Notes under the pieces: model-generated
What the model saw: the letters and a program-made list of their open reading frames with translations, nothing else
Databases searched by the model: none
Told to the model about the DNA's origin: nothing
Program-made: the position numbers and the translations under genes
Shown here: positions 1 through 8,728 of the stretch, one piece after another
How positions within the stretch are numbered: position 1 is the stretch's first letter
Layout: each line of letters starts with the position of its first letter
DNA from: Clostridiales bacterium
GTDB taxonomy: Bacteria; Bacillota; Clostridia; Oscillospirales; CAG-272
Direction of reading: 5' to 3'
Length of the DNA: 64,000 nucleotides
NCBI GenBank assembly: GCA_016288155.1
Contig: JAEEYP010000034.1
Location: 9,136-73,135, forward strand

Positions 1-2
1 AC

Positions 3-512
3 GGCGCGGACGTGACGCGCGGCGAGGTCGGCGAGCTTGCCGTCCGCGGACCCGGCGTGATGCTCTGCTACTACAAGAATCCTGCCGCGACCGAGGAGGT
101 CAAGCGGGGAGAGTGGCTCCTCACGGGCGACATGGCGCGGGAGGACGAAGAAGGCTTCATTTATCTGGTCGACCGCAAGAAGGACGTGATCATCACCGGC
201 GGTGAGAATCTGTATCCGGTGCAGATCGAGGATTATCTGCGCGCGCATGACAAGATCAAGGACGTGGCGGTGATCGGTCTGCCGGACGCCCGTCTCGGCG
301 AGATCGCCGCGGCGATCATCGAGGTGAAGGAAGGCATGACGATGACGGAGGACGAGGTGAACGAATTCTGTCTCGGGATGCCGCGCTACAAGCGCCCGCG
401 GAAGATCATTTTCGCGTCCGTGCCGCGCAATCCGACCGGGAAGATCGAGAAGCCGCGTCTGCGCGAGACGTACCGCGCGTCCCGCCTCGTGGAAGCCGAA
501 ACGACAAAGTAA
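3..512 (+). CDS. AMP-dependent acyl-CoA synthetase/ligase (ANL family), C-terminal fragment; gene starts upstream of window
   Basis: Frame is open to the 5' edge. Translation has TGDMAREDEEGFIYLVDRKKDVIITGGENLYP and PRNPTGKIEK, typical C-terminal motifs of adenylate-forming enzymes. Stop TAA at 510-512. Confidence 0.85.
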   Translation, partial: GADVTRGEVGELAVRGPGVMLCYYKNPAATEEVKRGEWLLTGDMAREDEEGFIYLVDRKKDVIITGGENLYPVQIEDYLRAHDKIKDVAVIGLPDARLGEIAAAIIEVKEGMTMTEDEVNEFCLGMPRYKRPRKIIFASVPRNPTGKIEKPRLRETYRASRLVEAETTK

Positions 513-513
513 A

Positions 514-689
514 GGGGGCGAAGCCCCCGTTGCCGCAATTACCTCCTCAGCGGGAGCGGGAGACAGCCCTCCCGGGGGGGAGTAAGGCGGAGAAATGCCG
601 GGGCAAAGCTCCGAGAGTTTATTTGATTCGGGGGCAAAGCCCCCGTTGCCGCAATTGCTTCTTCAGCGGGAGCGTGAGACAGCTCTCCC
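514..689. repeat. Two direct copies of a 60-bp unit (514-573 and 630-689, period 116 bp), each starting with a GGGGGC-NAA-GCCCCC hairpin
   Basis: Hand alignment gives 54/60 identical: gggggcGaagcccccgttgccgcaattAcCtcCtcagcgggagcgGgagacagcCctccc versus the same string with the capitalised positions changed. Confidence 0.8.
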
Positions 690-1108
690 TGATATAGCAG
701 GAGCGGATTTGACGATCCGGGAGCGCACACGGCGCCCGCCGAATGACCCGGCTCAGGCTTGACGCCTATGACTTACGATCCTTCGCGAGATGATTCTCCC
801 CCGTTTGCCCCTGTCCCCGATCGGGGGACTTGGGGTGCTCCCCCGCCGCTGCACGTTTGGCTGCCGAGGGGGGCGGGGGATCCGGGCCGTCAGACCCCGT
901 TACGGGATCCCCCCGGCGGGATGATTCACAAGAAGGGCGGGGAGCCCTTCTTGTGCGCCGTCCGCACAGGACAAAAAAACGATATTTGATCGGAACACCT
1001 ACGGGTTCCGACAGCATATCTCCTTCCGGGCGGCGCTCGCCGCCCCCCATTTCCTCCCCGCAGGAGAGGCGAAGATCAAATTAAAGTACCACAGAAAAGA
1101 GAAAAGCC

Positions 1109-2836
1109 ATGAAAAAACTGCTGATCGGCAACGAGGCGCTTGCCCGCGGATTCTACGAGGGCGGGATCGGTCTCGTATCCAGTTATCCGGGCACGCCGTC
1201 GACGGAGATCACGGAATGTCTCGCCGAGTACCGTGATATCGCCTCCGAATGGGCGCCCAACGAAAAGGTGGCGACGGAGGTCGCCTTCGGCGCGTCGCTC
1301 GGCGGGAAACGTTCCGTCTGCGCGATGAAGCACGTTGGGCTGAACGTCGCCGCGGATCCCGTGTTCACGATGTCCTATACCGGCGTCAACGCCGGGATGG
1401 TGCTCTGCGTCGCCGACGATCCGGCGATGCATTCTTCGCAGAACGAGCAGGACTCCCGCCATTACGCGATCGCGGCGAAGCTGCCGATGCTCGAGCCGGC
1501 GGATTCCGGCGAGGCGTACGCGTTCGCGCGCGCGTCCTTCGCGCTCTCCGAGCGCTTCGACACGCTCGTGATGATGCGCATGTGCACGCGCATCGCGCAC
1601 TCGCAGTCGATCGTGGAGATCGGCGAGAGGGAGGAGGCGCCCGCGCGTCCGTATACGAAGGACCCGAAAAAATATATCATGATGCCCGCCTACGCGAAGG
1701 CGCGCCATCCGGTCGTCGAGGCGCGGACGGCGGCGCTGACGGAATACGCGGAGGATTGCCCCTTCAACCGCGTGGAGAAGGGGACGGACCGCTCTCTCGG
1801 CATCATCACGTCCGGCACCTGCTATCAGTATACGAAGGAAGTCTTCGGCGACCGCGTGCCGGTGCTCAAGCTCGGCATGGTGAATCCGCTCCCGCCGAAG
1901 ATGATCCGTGATTTCGCCGCCTCCGTCGATCGGCTCGTCGTGATCGAGGAACTCGACGGCGTGATCGAGACCTTCTGCCGGACGCTGGGACTCGCGGTGG
2001 AGGGCAAATCGCTCTTTTCGCCCATCGGCGAATATTCGCAGGCGGTGATCGCGCGCGCGTTCGGGCTTCCGGAAAAGGAATACGTGCCGGCGCTGTCCGA
2101 GCTGCCCGGCCGCCCGCCGATGATGTGCGCGGGATGTCCGCACCGCGGCATGTACTACGTGCTCGCGAAGAACAAGGTGACGGTGCTCGGCGACATCGGC
2201 TGCTACACGCTCGGCGCGCAGCCGCCGCTGAACGCGGTGGACTCCGTGCTCTGCATGGGCGCGTCCGTCTCCGGTCTGCACGGCTTCAACCGCGTCGGCG
2301 GCAGCGAGACGGAGAAAAAGACGGTCGCCGTGATCGGGGATTCGACTTTCATGCACTCCGGCGTGACCGGGCTGATCGACATCGCCTACAACGGCACGAA
2401 TTCCACGGTCATCATCCTCGACAATTCGATCACCGGCATGACGGGACACCAGCAGAACCCGACGACGGGGCTCGATATCCACGGCGATCCGGCGGGGAAG
2501 ATCGATCTCGAAGCGCTTTGTCACGCGATCGGCATCCGCCGCGTGCGCGTCGTCGATCCGTACGACCTCGCCGCGTGCGACGCGGCGCTGAAGGAGGAAC
2601 TGGCGGCGGAGGAACCGTCCGTCATCATCTCGCGCCGTCCGTGCGTTCTGCTCAAGAACGTGAAGAAGAATCCGCCGCTCGCGGCGGACGCGGACAAGTG
2701 CCGCGGCTGCCGGTCGTGCATGCAGCTCGGCTGCCCGGCGATCAGCTTCAAGGGCAAAAAAGCGGTGATCGACGCGACGCTGTGCGTCGGCTGCGGCGTG
2801 TGCCGCCAGAAGTGCGCGTTCGACGCGATCGGCTGA
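1109..2836 (+). CDS. iorA: Indolepyruvate:ferredoxin oxidoreductase alpha subunit
   Basis: 575 aa. N-terminal SSYPGTPSTEI; TPP-binding GDIGCYTLG...GDSTFMHSG; C-terminal ferredoxin-type clusters CRGCRSCMQLGCP and CVGCGVCRQKC. Confidence 0.9.
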   Translation: MKKLLIGNEALARGFYEGGIGLVSSYPGTPSTEITECLAEYRDIASEWAPNEKVATEVAFGASLGGKRSVCAMKHVGLNVAADPVFTMSYTGVNAGMVLCVADDPAMHSSQNEQDSRHYAIAAKLPMLEPADSGEAYAFARASFALSERFDTLVMMRMCTRIAHSQSIVEIGEREEAPARPYTKDPKKYIMMPAYAKARHPVVEARTAALTEYAEDCPFNRVEKGTDRSLGIITSGTCYQYTKEVFGDRVPVLKLGMVNPLPPKMIRDFAASVDRLVVIEELDGVIETFCRTLGLAVEGKSLFSPIGEYSQAVIARAFGLPEKEYVPALSELPGRPPMMCAGCPHRGMYYVLAKNKVTVLGDIGCYTLGAQPPLNAVDSVLCMGASVSGLHGFNRVGGSETEKKTVAVIGDSTFMHSGVTGLIDIAYNGTNSTVIILDNSITGMTGHQQNPTTGLDIHGDPAGKIDLEALCHAIGIRRVRVVDPYDLAACDAALKEELAAEEPSVIISRRPCVLLKNVKKNPPLAADADKCRGCRSCMQLGCPAISFKGKKAVIDATLCVGCGVCRQKCAFDAIG

Positions 2837-2838
2837 GG

Positions 2839-3789
2839 ATGCGGCGGCTCGTCTTCGGGATCTTTTCCGATTACCACCTGTGGCGGGGCAGCCACCCGCA
2901 GTCCGCCGCTCCGCTCGAAGAGATCGTGCGCCGCGCGCACGAGGGCGGCGCGTCGTTTCTGATCCACTGCGGGGATCTGTGCCACAACGCGCCCGACGAG
3001 CCCGCGGTGCGGACCGTGCTGCGGGAGAATCCGTTCGGCATGCCGGTGTACGGCTGCCTCGGCAATCACGAGCTGGAGGATGCGGGGTCGCTCGAAGCCG
3101 TGCTCGCCGCCTACGGGATGCCGTCGCCGTATTATTTCACGGACAGACCGGAGGGTTTCCGCGTGATCGTGCTCGACACGAATCACGGAAAGGGATCGGA
3201 CGGAGCGCTGTGCCATTATCCGCCGTATGCCAAAAGGCTGCCGGACGGCGACCGTCTCGGCGGCGCGCAGCTCGATTGGCTCGAGGAGGCGGTCCGTACT
3301 TCGCCGCTGCCGTGTCTGCTCTTTTCGCACGCGTCACTGGAGGAGCCGGCGGGATCGCCGGACGGCGCGCGCGTGCGGGCGCTGATCCGGGAGGAGAACG
3401 CGCGCCGTCCCGGTCGCGTGCTCCTCTGCGCGAACGGACACAATCATACGGACAGCCTTCGCCTCCGCGACGGCGTTCTGTGGTTCGACGTGAACGCGGC
3501 GCTCCTTCTCTACTGGTCGCGGACGATCAATCCGGGACTGCCCGAGGATTTCCGCGCGTCCGCGCGGATGGCAGGCAACTACGCGTATGCGAGCGAGCCG
3601 CTTTCGGCGCTCGTGGAGATCGCGGAGGAGGCGGATCGTTGGACGATCCGCGTGCGCGGCCGCGAAAGCACGTATCTTTTCGGCGCGCCGCCGGATCCGA
3701 TGGGCGGGGACGTCCCGAACGGTTTCGGGCGCCTGCCGTCGCCGCGCATTTCCTCCGGCGCGTGGGATATATCGAAAAAACCGATCTGA
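2839..3789 (+). CDS. Metallophosphoesterase (calcineurin-like) family protein
   Basis: ATG at 2839 lies 3 nt after the iorA stop, in frame with ORF 2125..3789. Motifs HCGDLCHN, GCLGNHE and CANGHNH. The part of that ORF upstream of 2839 overlaps iorA and is not coding. Confidence 0.75.
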   Translation: MRRLVFGIFSDYHLWRGSHPQSAAPLEEIVRRAHEGGASFLIHCGDLCHNAPDEPAVRTVLRENPFGMPVYGCLGNHELEDAGSLEAVLAAYGMPSPYYFTDRPEGFRVIVLDTNHGKGSDGALCHYPPYAKRLPDGDRLGGAQLDWLEEAVRTSPLPCLLFSHASLEEPAGSPDGARVRALIREENARRPGRVLLCANGHNHTDSLRLRDGVLWFDVNAALLLYWSRTINPGLPEDFRASARMAGNYAYASEPLSALVEIAEEADRWTIRVRGRESTYLFGAPPDPMGGDVPNGFGRLPSPRISSGAWDISKKPI

Positions 3790-3833
3790 CAGAACGAATC
3801 TGAACGAATCTGATAGAATGGAGAATTTCCGCC

Positions 3834-4403
3834 ATGGTGAAAAGCGTTATGATCGTCGGCGTCGGAGGGCAGGGCTCCCTGCTCGCCTCCAAACTGCTCG
3901 GACGTCTTCTGACGGAGGAAAAATACGACGTCAAGGTGTCCGAGGTACACGGCATGAGCCAGCGGGGCGGCTCGGTCGTGACGTACGTGAAATTCGGAGA
4001 GAAAGTGTACTCGCCCATCGTCGATCTCGGCGAAGCGGATTACATCGTTTCCTTTGAGAAGCTGGAGGCGGCGCGGTACGCGCCGTACCTGAAAAAGGGC
4101 GGGCGGATCATCGTCAATACGCAACAGATCGATCCGATGCCGGTCATCACGGGGGCGGCGCAGTATCCGTCCGACGTGCTCGAGCGGCTCGCCGCCGAGG
4201 GGATCGAGGTGGACGCGGTCGACGCGCTCGCGCTCGCCGAGAAGGCGGGATCCGCGAAGACGGTCAACATCGTGCTGATGGGACGGCTCGCCCGCTGCTT
4301 CTCCATCCCGCCGGAGAAGTGGCTCGCCGCGATCGAGGCGACCGTCGCGCCGAAGTTCGTCGAGTGGAACCGGAGTGCGTTCCGGCTCGGATACGAGGCG
4401 TAA
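3834..4403 (+). CDS. iorB: Indolepyruvate:ferredoxin oxidoreductase beta subunit
   Basis: 189 aa. MVKSVMIVGVGGQGSLLASKLLG...VSEVHGMSQRGGSV is typical of the IorB/2-oxoacid oxidoreductase gamma-type domain. Confidence 0.85.
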   Translation: MVKSVMIVGVGGQGSLLASKLLGRLLTEEKYDVKVSEVHGMSQRGGSVVTYVKFGEKVYSPIVDLGEADYIVSFEKLEAARYAPYLKKGGRIIVNTQQIDPMPVITGAAQYPSDVLERLAAEGIEVDAVDALALAEKAGSAKTVNIVLMGRLARCFSIPPEKWLAAIEATVAPKFVEWNRSAFRLGYEA

Positions 4404-4429
4404 GAGATAGTGAGAACGGGGACTGAACC

Positions 4430-4960
4430 GTGCACGTACTGTATATCATCTTTTTGATCCTGACGATCCTGATCGGCGCGCCGACGCTCGTGTTTGCCGT
4501 TCGGCTGATGAGCTGGAACAGCAGAATAACGAAAAAAACACAGGGGAAAATCTACAGTTATCCGACGGTGGAAGGCGGATCGTTTTTCCAGGATACTTTT
4601 TTCGTGAATTATCCGAATTACGAGTTTTTCGTTGACGGCAAAGAGTACTTGTCCGCCCTGAAATTTGCGCACGTCAAGCTGGTGGATAAGAAAGAAGACG
4701 GCCGCGTCGTTTTTGACGGCTCCGGGAAACCGAAGCAAAAGATCTATCTGTACGTGGAAGACCGCGTGGCGGACGAAGGTCCGATACGAAAAGCTTTTCC
4801 GTCTAAGTCTGTGGCGGACGTGTACTATGACCCGGAGGATCCGGAACATAATTACGCGATCCGGCGGCCGCACGAGCATCCGGCGTTCCGCTTCTTTCTG
4901 CTCCTCACCGCCGTAAATATCGCGCTGACGGTGCTGTTCCGTTATCTGAGTCAGACGTAA
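4430..4960 (+). CDS. Membrane protein, DUF3592-like (N- and C-terminal TM helices flanking a beta-rich domain)
   Basis: GTG start. N-terminal TM helix ILTILIGAPTLVFAV, C-terminal TM helix FFLLLTAVNIALTVLF, and VADVYYDPEDPEHNYAI resembling the DUF3592 V-x-V-x-YDPxxP signature. Visibly lower GC than its neighbours. Confidence 0.55.
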   Translation: MHVLYIIFLILTILIGAPTLVFAVRLMSWNSRITKKTQGKIYSYPTVEGGSFFQDTFFVNYPNYEFFVDGKEYLSALKFAHVKLVDKKEDGRVVFDGSGKPKQKIYLYVEDRVADEGPIRKAFPSKSVADVYYDPEDPEHNYAIRRPHEHPAFRFFLLLTAVNIALTVLFRYLSQT

Positions 4961-4987
4961 AGAAGCCGTTTCCCGCCCGGAACGGAA

Positions 4988-5027
4988 AACAGGCGCGCCC
5001 GCTGCGGCCGCGCCTGTTTTTGTTTTG
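4988..5027. terminator. Bidirectional rho-independent terminator between convergent genes
   Basis: caggcgcg-N-cgcgcctg stem, flanked by an A-run upstream and tttttgtttt downstream. Confidence 0.7.
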
Positions 5028-5094
5028 CAAAGCGATGATCGCCCCGCCGAGGCGGATGCCTTGACGGGGCGTTTTTGCGTGGGATGCGGTGCCA

Positions 5095-5658
5095 TCACGT
5101 CTCCGCCTTCTTCTTTCCCGTCAGAAGATCGCTCAAGCGGGAGAGCAGGAGCGTGAGCGGCGTGGCGAGCACCAGCGCGAGACAAAAATTGGCGATCATG
5201 TGCGTGACGTCGAACGGCAGCCCGGAGACCGTGTAGGCGACGGCGGTCTTCCAACCGCCGCGTACCAGCCACGGGATCGCGGTGAGCGCGCCGAACGCCA
5301 TGCCGTACGCGCCGGACAAAACGGCCCACAGCACGGTGGAGATCACGATGCGGCGGGGCTCGGCGGGCACGGCGCCCGGAAAGAGCATGACGAGCCCCCA
5401 CAAAATGAACCATATGTAGAGGTACGAGACGAACCAGATGCCGAAGCCGTAAAGAAGCCCCTCAAGCAGCACGAACACGGCGATGCCGGGGACAGCGTAC
5501 TGCCGGAACACCCGCGTCCATACGATGATGAAAAGCGTGACCACCTCAATGTTGGGCAGCGGGGCGAGCGCGACCTGCGAGGCGAAGAGGAGCGCGCCGA
5601 ACAGGGCGCCGAGCACGAGCCGCAGGATCCGCACGTGGATCGCGGAGACGGCGCGCAT
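5095..5658 (-). CDS. ECF-transporter substrate-specific (S) component-like membrane protein, putatively cobalamin-related
   Basis: 187 aa and almost entirely hydrophobic, with about 6 TM segments. Its start ATG overlaps the stop of the upstream lipoprotein gene by 1 nt (TGATG). It lies downstream of a cobalamin riboswitch. The family assignment is an inference. Confidence 0.55.
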   Translation of the reverse strand: MRAVSAIHVRILRLVLGALFGALLFASQVALAPLPNIEVVTLFIIVWTRVFRQYAVPGIAVFVLLEGLLYGFGIWFVSYLYIWFILWGLVMLFPGAVPAEPRRIVISTVLWAVLSGAYGMAFGALTAIPWLVRGGWKTAVAYTVSGLPFDVTHMIANFCLALVLATPLTLLLSRLSDLLTGKKKAET

Positions 5659-6068
5659 CAGAAGTCGTAGCCGACCGTCAGCGTGAGCTCAAAATGATCG
5701 CCGTCGGCGATCGGCGTCGAATCGGCGCCGGTGAAGAGCGTTTCGCCGCCCTTCGTGATGCACCACCACTCCTGATTCGCTTCATTGGCGGTGATGCCGT
5801 CGACGGTCTTGATGTAGATGCCGTATTCGCTCTCGTCGCCCGCGATCAGCTTCTCCTGATCGAGCGCGCCGCGCAGGAATTCGGCGTCCGTGTGGATCGT
5901 CACGGTCTTCGTCGTGGTCGTCTCACCGGCGGGCGTGACGATGTCCACCGTGATCGTTTTTGCGCCCTGCCGGGTCTCTTTCTTGCCGCAGCAGGTCAGT
6001 GCCATAGCCGCGATCAGCACCGCAAAAACAACGAGACAGAACCGGAACGCATGCGATGTTCTGTTCAT
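5658..6068 (-). CDS. Small secreted/lipoprotein with DUF4430 (transcobalamin beta-domain-like) fold, putative corrinoid-binding
   Basis: Start taken at MNRTSHAFRF (6068), preceded by the RBS gaaaggaag. Signal peptide ends in LTCCGKK. C-terminal GIYIKTVDGITANEANQEWWCITKGGE...GADSTPIADGDHFELT matches my memory of DUF4430. Confidence 0.6.
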   Translation of the reverse strand: MNRTSHAFRFCLVVFAVLIAAMALTCCGKKETRQGAKTITVDIVTPAGETTTTKTVTIHTDAEFLRGALDQEKLIAGDESEYGIYIKTVDGITANEANQEWWCITKGGETLFTGADSTPIADGDHFELTLTVGYDF

Positions 6069-6079
6069 GTTTTTTCTTC

Positions 6080-6335
6080 CTTTCTTTTTGATTGTGGATC
6101 TGCCGGCACGTGCGGCTGCGGCACGGGGCCGCCCGACGCTCGCGGATACCGCACAACGGAAGTACACCTCCGCGGAGCAAAGTCTTTCGGCTGAGGGGCA
6201 TGGTCCGTCTCCGTCTTCCCACGCCAACGGCGCAGTGACAGCGGTATCCGCGGCGGATACCGGGAAACGGACGTCCCATCACGGCGACGGGTTCGCGGCG
6301 GATTCGCACCGCCTTCCTTTTTCTCCTGTCCGGCA
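6080..6335 (-). promoter_or_regulatory. Cobalamin (B12) riboswitch
   Basis: The minus-strand transcript contains aaaaGGAAggcGGTGcGAAtCCgccgcgaaCCCgtcGCCGTGA, then CACTGcgccgttggcgtGGGAAGaCGG, then a B12-box-like gAGACGGACCATGCC. It sits between a sigma-A promoter and the RBS of the 6068 gene. Confidence 0.75.
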
Positions 6336-6340
6336 ACAAA

Positions 6341-6369
6341 AGTATAGCATGACGGTGCGCGTTTGTCAA
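6341..6369 (-). promoter_or_regulatory. Sigma-A-type promoter for the riboswitch operon
   Basis: Minus strand reads TTGACA, 17-nt spacer, TATACT. Confidence 0.7.
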
Positions 6370-6456
6370 GTGTTCCGGCACCGTATAAAAAAAGCACAAA
6401 AGACCGCCCGGCCGCTTGGACGAAATGACAAAATTCGGGAAATCGCGCCGCGGCTC

Positions 6457-6485
6457 TTTACAAAGGGCGCGATTTGTGGTATCCT
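6457..6485 (+). promoter_or_regulatory. Sigma-A-type promoter of pyrR-pyrP
   Basis: TTTACA, 17-nt spacer, TATCCT, with TGG immediately upstream (extended -10). Confidence 0.55.
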
Positions 6486-6504
6486 ATTACAAGAAAAACA
6501 GATC

Positions 6505-6594
6505 TTTAAGAGCGGTACAGAGATGCCGACAAGATTCGATCATAACAGCCCCGCCGCAGCGGGGGAATCTTGTCGCGGGACAGGATTTTTTTTT
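6505..6594 (+). promoter_or_regulatory. PyrR-binding transcription attenuator (binding loop, antiterminator, terminator)
   Basis: ACAGAGAUGCCGACAAG resembles the PyrR loop consensus CCAGAGAGGCUNGCAAG. gacaagatt (6528-6536) is perfectly complementary to aatcttgtc (6566-6574). The latter alternatively pairs with gacaggatt (6579-6587), forming a hairpin followed by a T-run (6588-6594). Confidence 0.7.
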
Positions 6595-6631
6595 GGGATT
6601 TCGCGCCGGAGCGGCGCGCGGGGGCGGGGAC

Positions 6632-7201
6632 ATGTTTCAGTTCAAAGCGCAGATCATGGACGAAGGCGCCGTCGTGCGCGCCATGAAGCGGATCTCCTAT
6701 GAGATCCTTGAGCAGAACCGCGGCCCCGAAAAGCTCATCCTCGTGGGGATCCGCCGCCGCGGCGTGCCGCTGGCGGAGATGATCGCCGCGAACATCGCGC
6801 GGACGGAAAACGCCGTGATCCCCGTCGGTCAGCTCGACATCACCTTCTACCGCGACGATATCACCGAGAAAAAGAACACGGAGCCCGTCGTCGGCGCGAC
6901 GCGGATCCCCGCGGACATCACCGGGATGCACGTCGTGCTCGTGGACGACGTGATCTACACGGGACGCACCGCCCGCGCCGCCATCGACGCGCTGATCGCG
7001 CTCGGCCGCCCGGCCGCCGTCCGGCTCGCCGTCCTCTGCGACCGCGGCCATCGGGAGCTGCCGATCCGCGCCGATTATATAGGAAAGAATCTCCCCACCT
7101 CGCAGTCGGAGATGGTCGTGGTCCGCATCCCGCCCTACGACGAGGATATCTGCGTCCAGCTCCATGAAAGAGTCCCCTGCGGCAACGCGCCGAAAACATA
7201 A
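6632..7201 (+). CDS. pyrR: Bifunctional pyrimidine operon regulator / uracil phosphoribosyltransferase
   Basis: Start at [18 protein letters not shown]-binding [17 protein letters not shown]. Followed by a uracil permease gene. Confidence 0.9.
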   Translation: MFQFKAQIMDEGAVVRAMKRISYEILEQNRGPEKLILVGIRRRGVPLAEMIAANIARTENAVIPVGQLDITFYRDDITEKKNTEPVVGATRIPADITGMHVVLVDDVIYTGRTARAAIDALIALGRPAAVRLAVLCDRGHRELPIRADYIGKNLPTSQSEMVVVRIPPYDEDICVQLHERVPCGNAPKT

Positions 7202-7215
7202 ATATTCAGGAGGAA

Positions 7216-8601
7216 ATGATCTTGAAACTCGTCTACAACGTCAAAGACAAGCCCCCGGTCGGTCAGACCATCGTCTTCGCGTTCCAGCAGCTTTTGGCGA
7301 TTCTTGCGGCAACGATTGCGGTACCGGCAATCGTTGAAAACGGCATGTCTCAGTCCGCCGCGCTCTTCGGCGCCGGTGTCGGCACCATCGTATATCTGCT
7401 TTTCACCAAATTCAGAAGTCCGGTCTTCTTGGGCTCTTCATTCGCCTTTCTGCCTTCCATGACGGCGGCATTCAGCGGCGCCTATGCGAATTCCGTCGGC
7501 GGATATGCCGGCCTTCTTCTCGGTGCGGCCTTCGCAGGCATCGTCTATGTGGTCATTGCGCTGGTAGTTAAATTCGCCGGCGTCAAATGGATCGACAAAT
7601 TAATGCCCGCGGTCGTCATCGGACCGACTGTCGCCATTATCGGTCTCTCTCTGGCCGGAAACGCCATTGGCGACGCGGTCGGTAAAAAGGTTGAGGGTGC
7701 GAAATGGGACGGGGATGCTTCCGCTTGGATCATGAATCCGAAGGCCTGGATATGCCTCATCTGCGCGATCGTAACGCTCGTCGTTGTCATCCTTTGCTCT
7801 GTCTACGGCAAGAAAATGATGAAACTCATCCCCTTCATCATCGGTATCGTGGCCGGTTATATCGTCGCGACGATTTTCACGCTCATCGGAAAGGGAGTCG
7901 GCAATGAGGCTTTGATCATCATCGACTTCTCCAAGTTCGCGGATATGCAATGGTATCCGGATTTTACTTTTCTGAAAGCATTTCAGGGCTTCAAAGATCT
8001 GACAGGCGAATATATTGCTTCCATTGCGGTTGCTTACATTCCGGTCGCATTCGTCGTTTTCGCGGAGCACCTTGCAGATCATAAAAATCTTTCCACCATT
8101 ATTGATCAGGATCTGACCAAGGATCCGGGCCTTCACAGAACGCTCCTCGGCGACGGCGTCGGTTCCATTGCGGGCGCCTTCTTCGGCGGCTGCCCGAACA
8201 CGACCTACGGCGAGTCCATCGGCTGCGTCGCAATCACCCGTAATGCCTCTGTTATCACGATCCTTTGCACGGCTATTCTGGCGATCGTTGCTTCCTTCTT
8301 CGCACCCTTCGTTACCTTCCTTGCCACTATTCCCGGCTGTGTCATGGGCGGTGTCTGCATTACCCTGTACGGTTTCATCGCCGTCTCCGGTCTGAAGATG
8401 CTTCAGAAGGTCGATCTGAACGACAACAGAAATCTCTTTACGGCATCCGTCATTCTGATCGTCGGCATTGGCGGCATGGCACTTCTGATCGGGCAGATAA
8501 AATTGACTGCTATCGCCTGCGCGCTCATCCTCGGTATCCTGACGAACTGGATGCTCTCCGGCAAGAAGGATAAGGAAGAAAAAGCGGCGGACGAGAAATG
8601 A
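7216..8601 (+). CDS. pyrP: Uracil permease (NCS2 family)
   Basis: 461 aa polytopic protein. N-terminal VKDKPPVGQTIVFAFQQLLAILAATIAVP and GCPNTTYGESIGCVAITR are typical of UraA/PyrP. Confidence 0.9.
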   Translation: MILKLVYNVKDKPPVGQTIVFAFQQLLAILAATIAVPAIVENGMSQSAALFGAGVGTIVYLLFTKFRSPVFLGSSFAFLPSMTAAFSGAYANSVGGYAGLLLGAAFAGIVYVVIALVVKFAGVKWIDKLMPAVVIGPTVAIIGLSLAGNAIGDAVGKKVEGAKWDGDASAWIMNPKAWICLICAIVTLVVVILCSVYGKKMMKLIPFIIGIVAGYIVATIFTLIGKGVGNEALIIIDFSKFADMQWYPDFTFLKAFQGFKDLTGEYIASIAVAYIPVAFVVFAEHLADHKNLSTIIDQDLTKDPGLHRTLLGDGVGSIAGAFFGGCPNTTYGESIGCVAITRNASVITILCTAILAIVASFFAPFVTFLATIPGCVMGGVCITLYGFIAVSGLKMLQKVDLNDNRNLFTASVILIVGIGGMALLIGQIKLTAIACALILGILTNWMLSGKKDKEEKAADEK

Positions 8602-8614
8602 TCCGTGTTTTCGG

Positions 8615-8650
8615 GAAGGACGCCTCGCACGGGGCGTCCTTTTCCGCTTT
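8615..8650 (+). terminator. Rho-independent terminator after pyrP
   Basis: aaggacgcc-tcgcacg-gggcgtcctt followed by ttcc...ttt. Confidence 0.65.
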
Positions 8651-8728
8651 ATCGCGTTTTTGCAGGGAACATTTTCGGGATCTGCGCGTCTAACGGGCAG
8701 TATGATCCGGAAAGGTAGGAAAACGATC

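Noticed and set aside
514-689. Direct repeats considered as a CRISPR array.
   Set aside because: There are only two copies of 60 bp at 90% identity. The 56-nt sequence between them shares sequence with the repeat, and no cas genes are present.
5089-5670. A 193-aa plus-strand ORF opposite the ECF S-component gene.
   Set aside because: It is highly charged low complexity (R/E/D/G). The minus-strand product is a coherent polytopic membrane protein coupled to the riboswitch-controlled gene.
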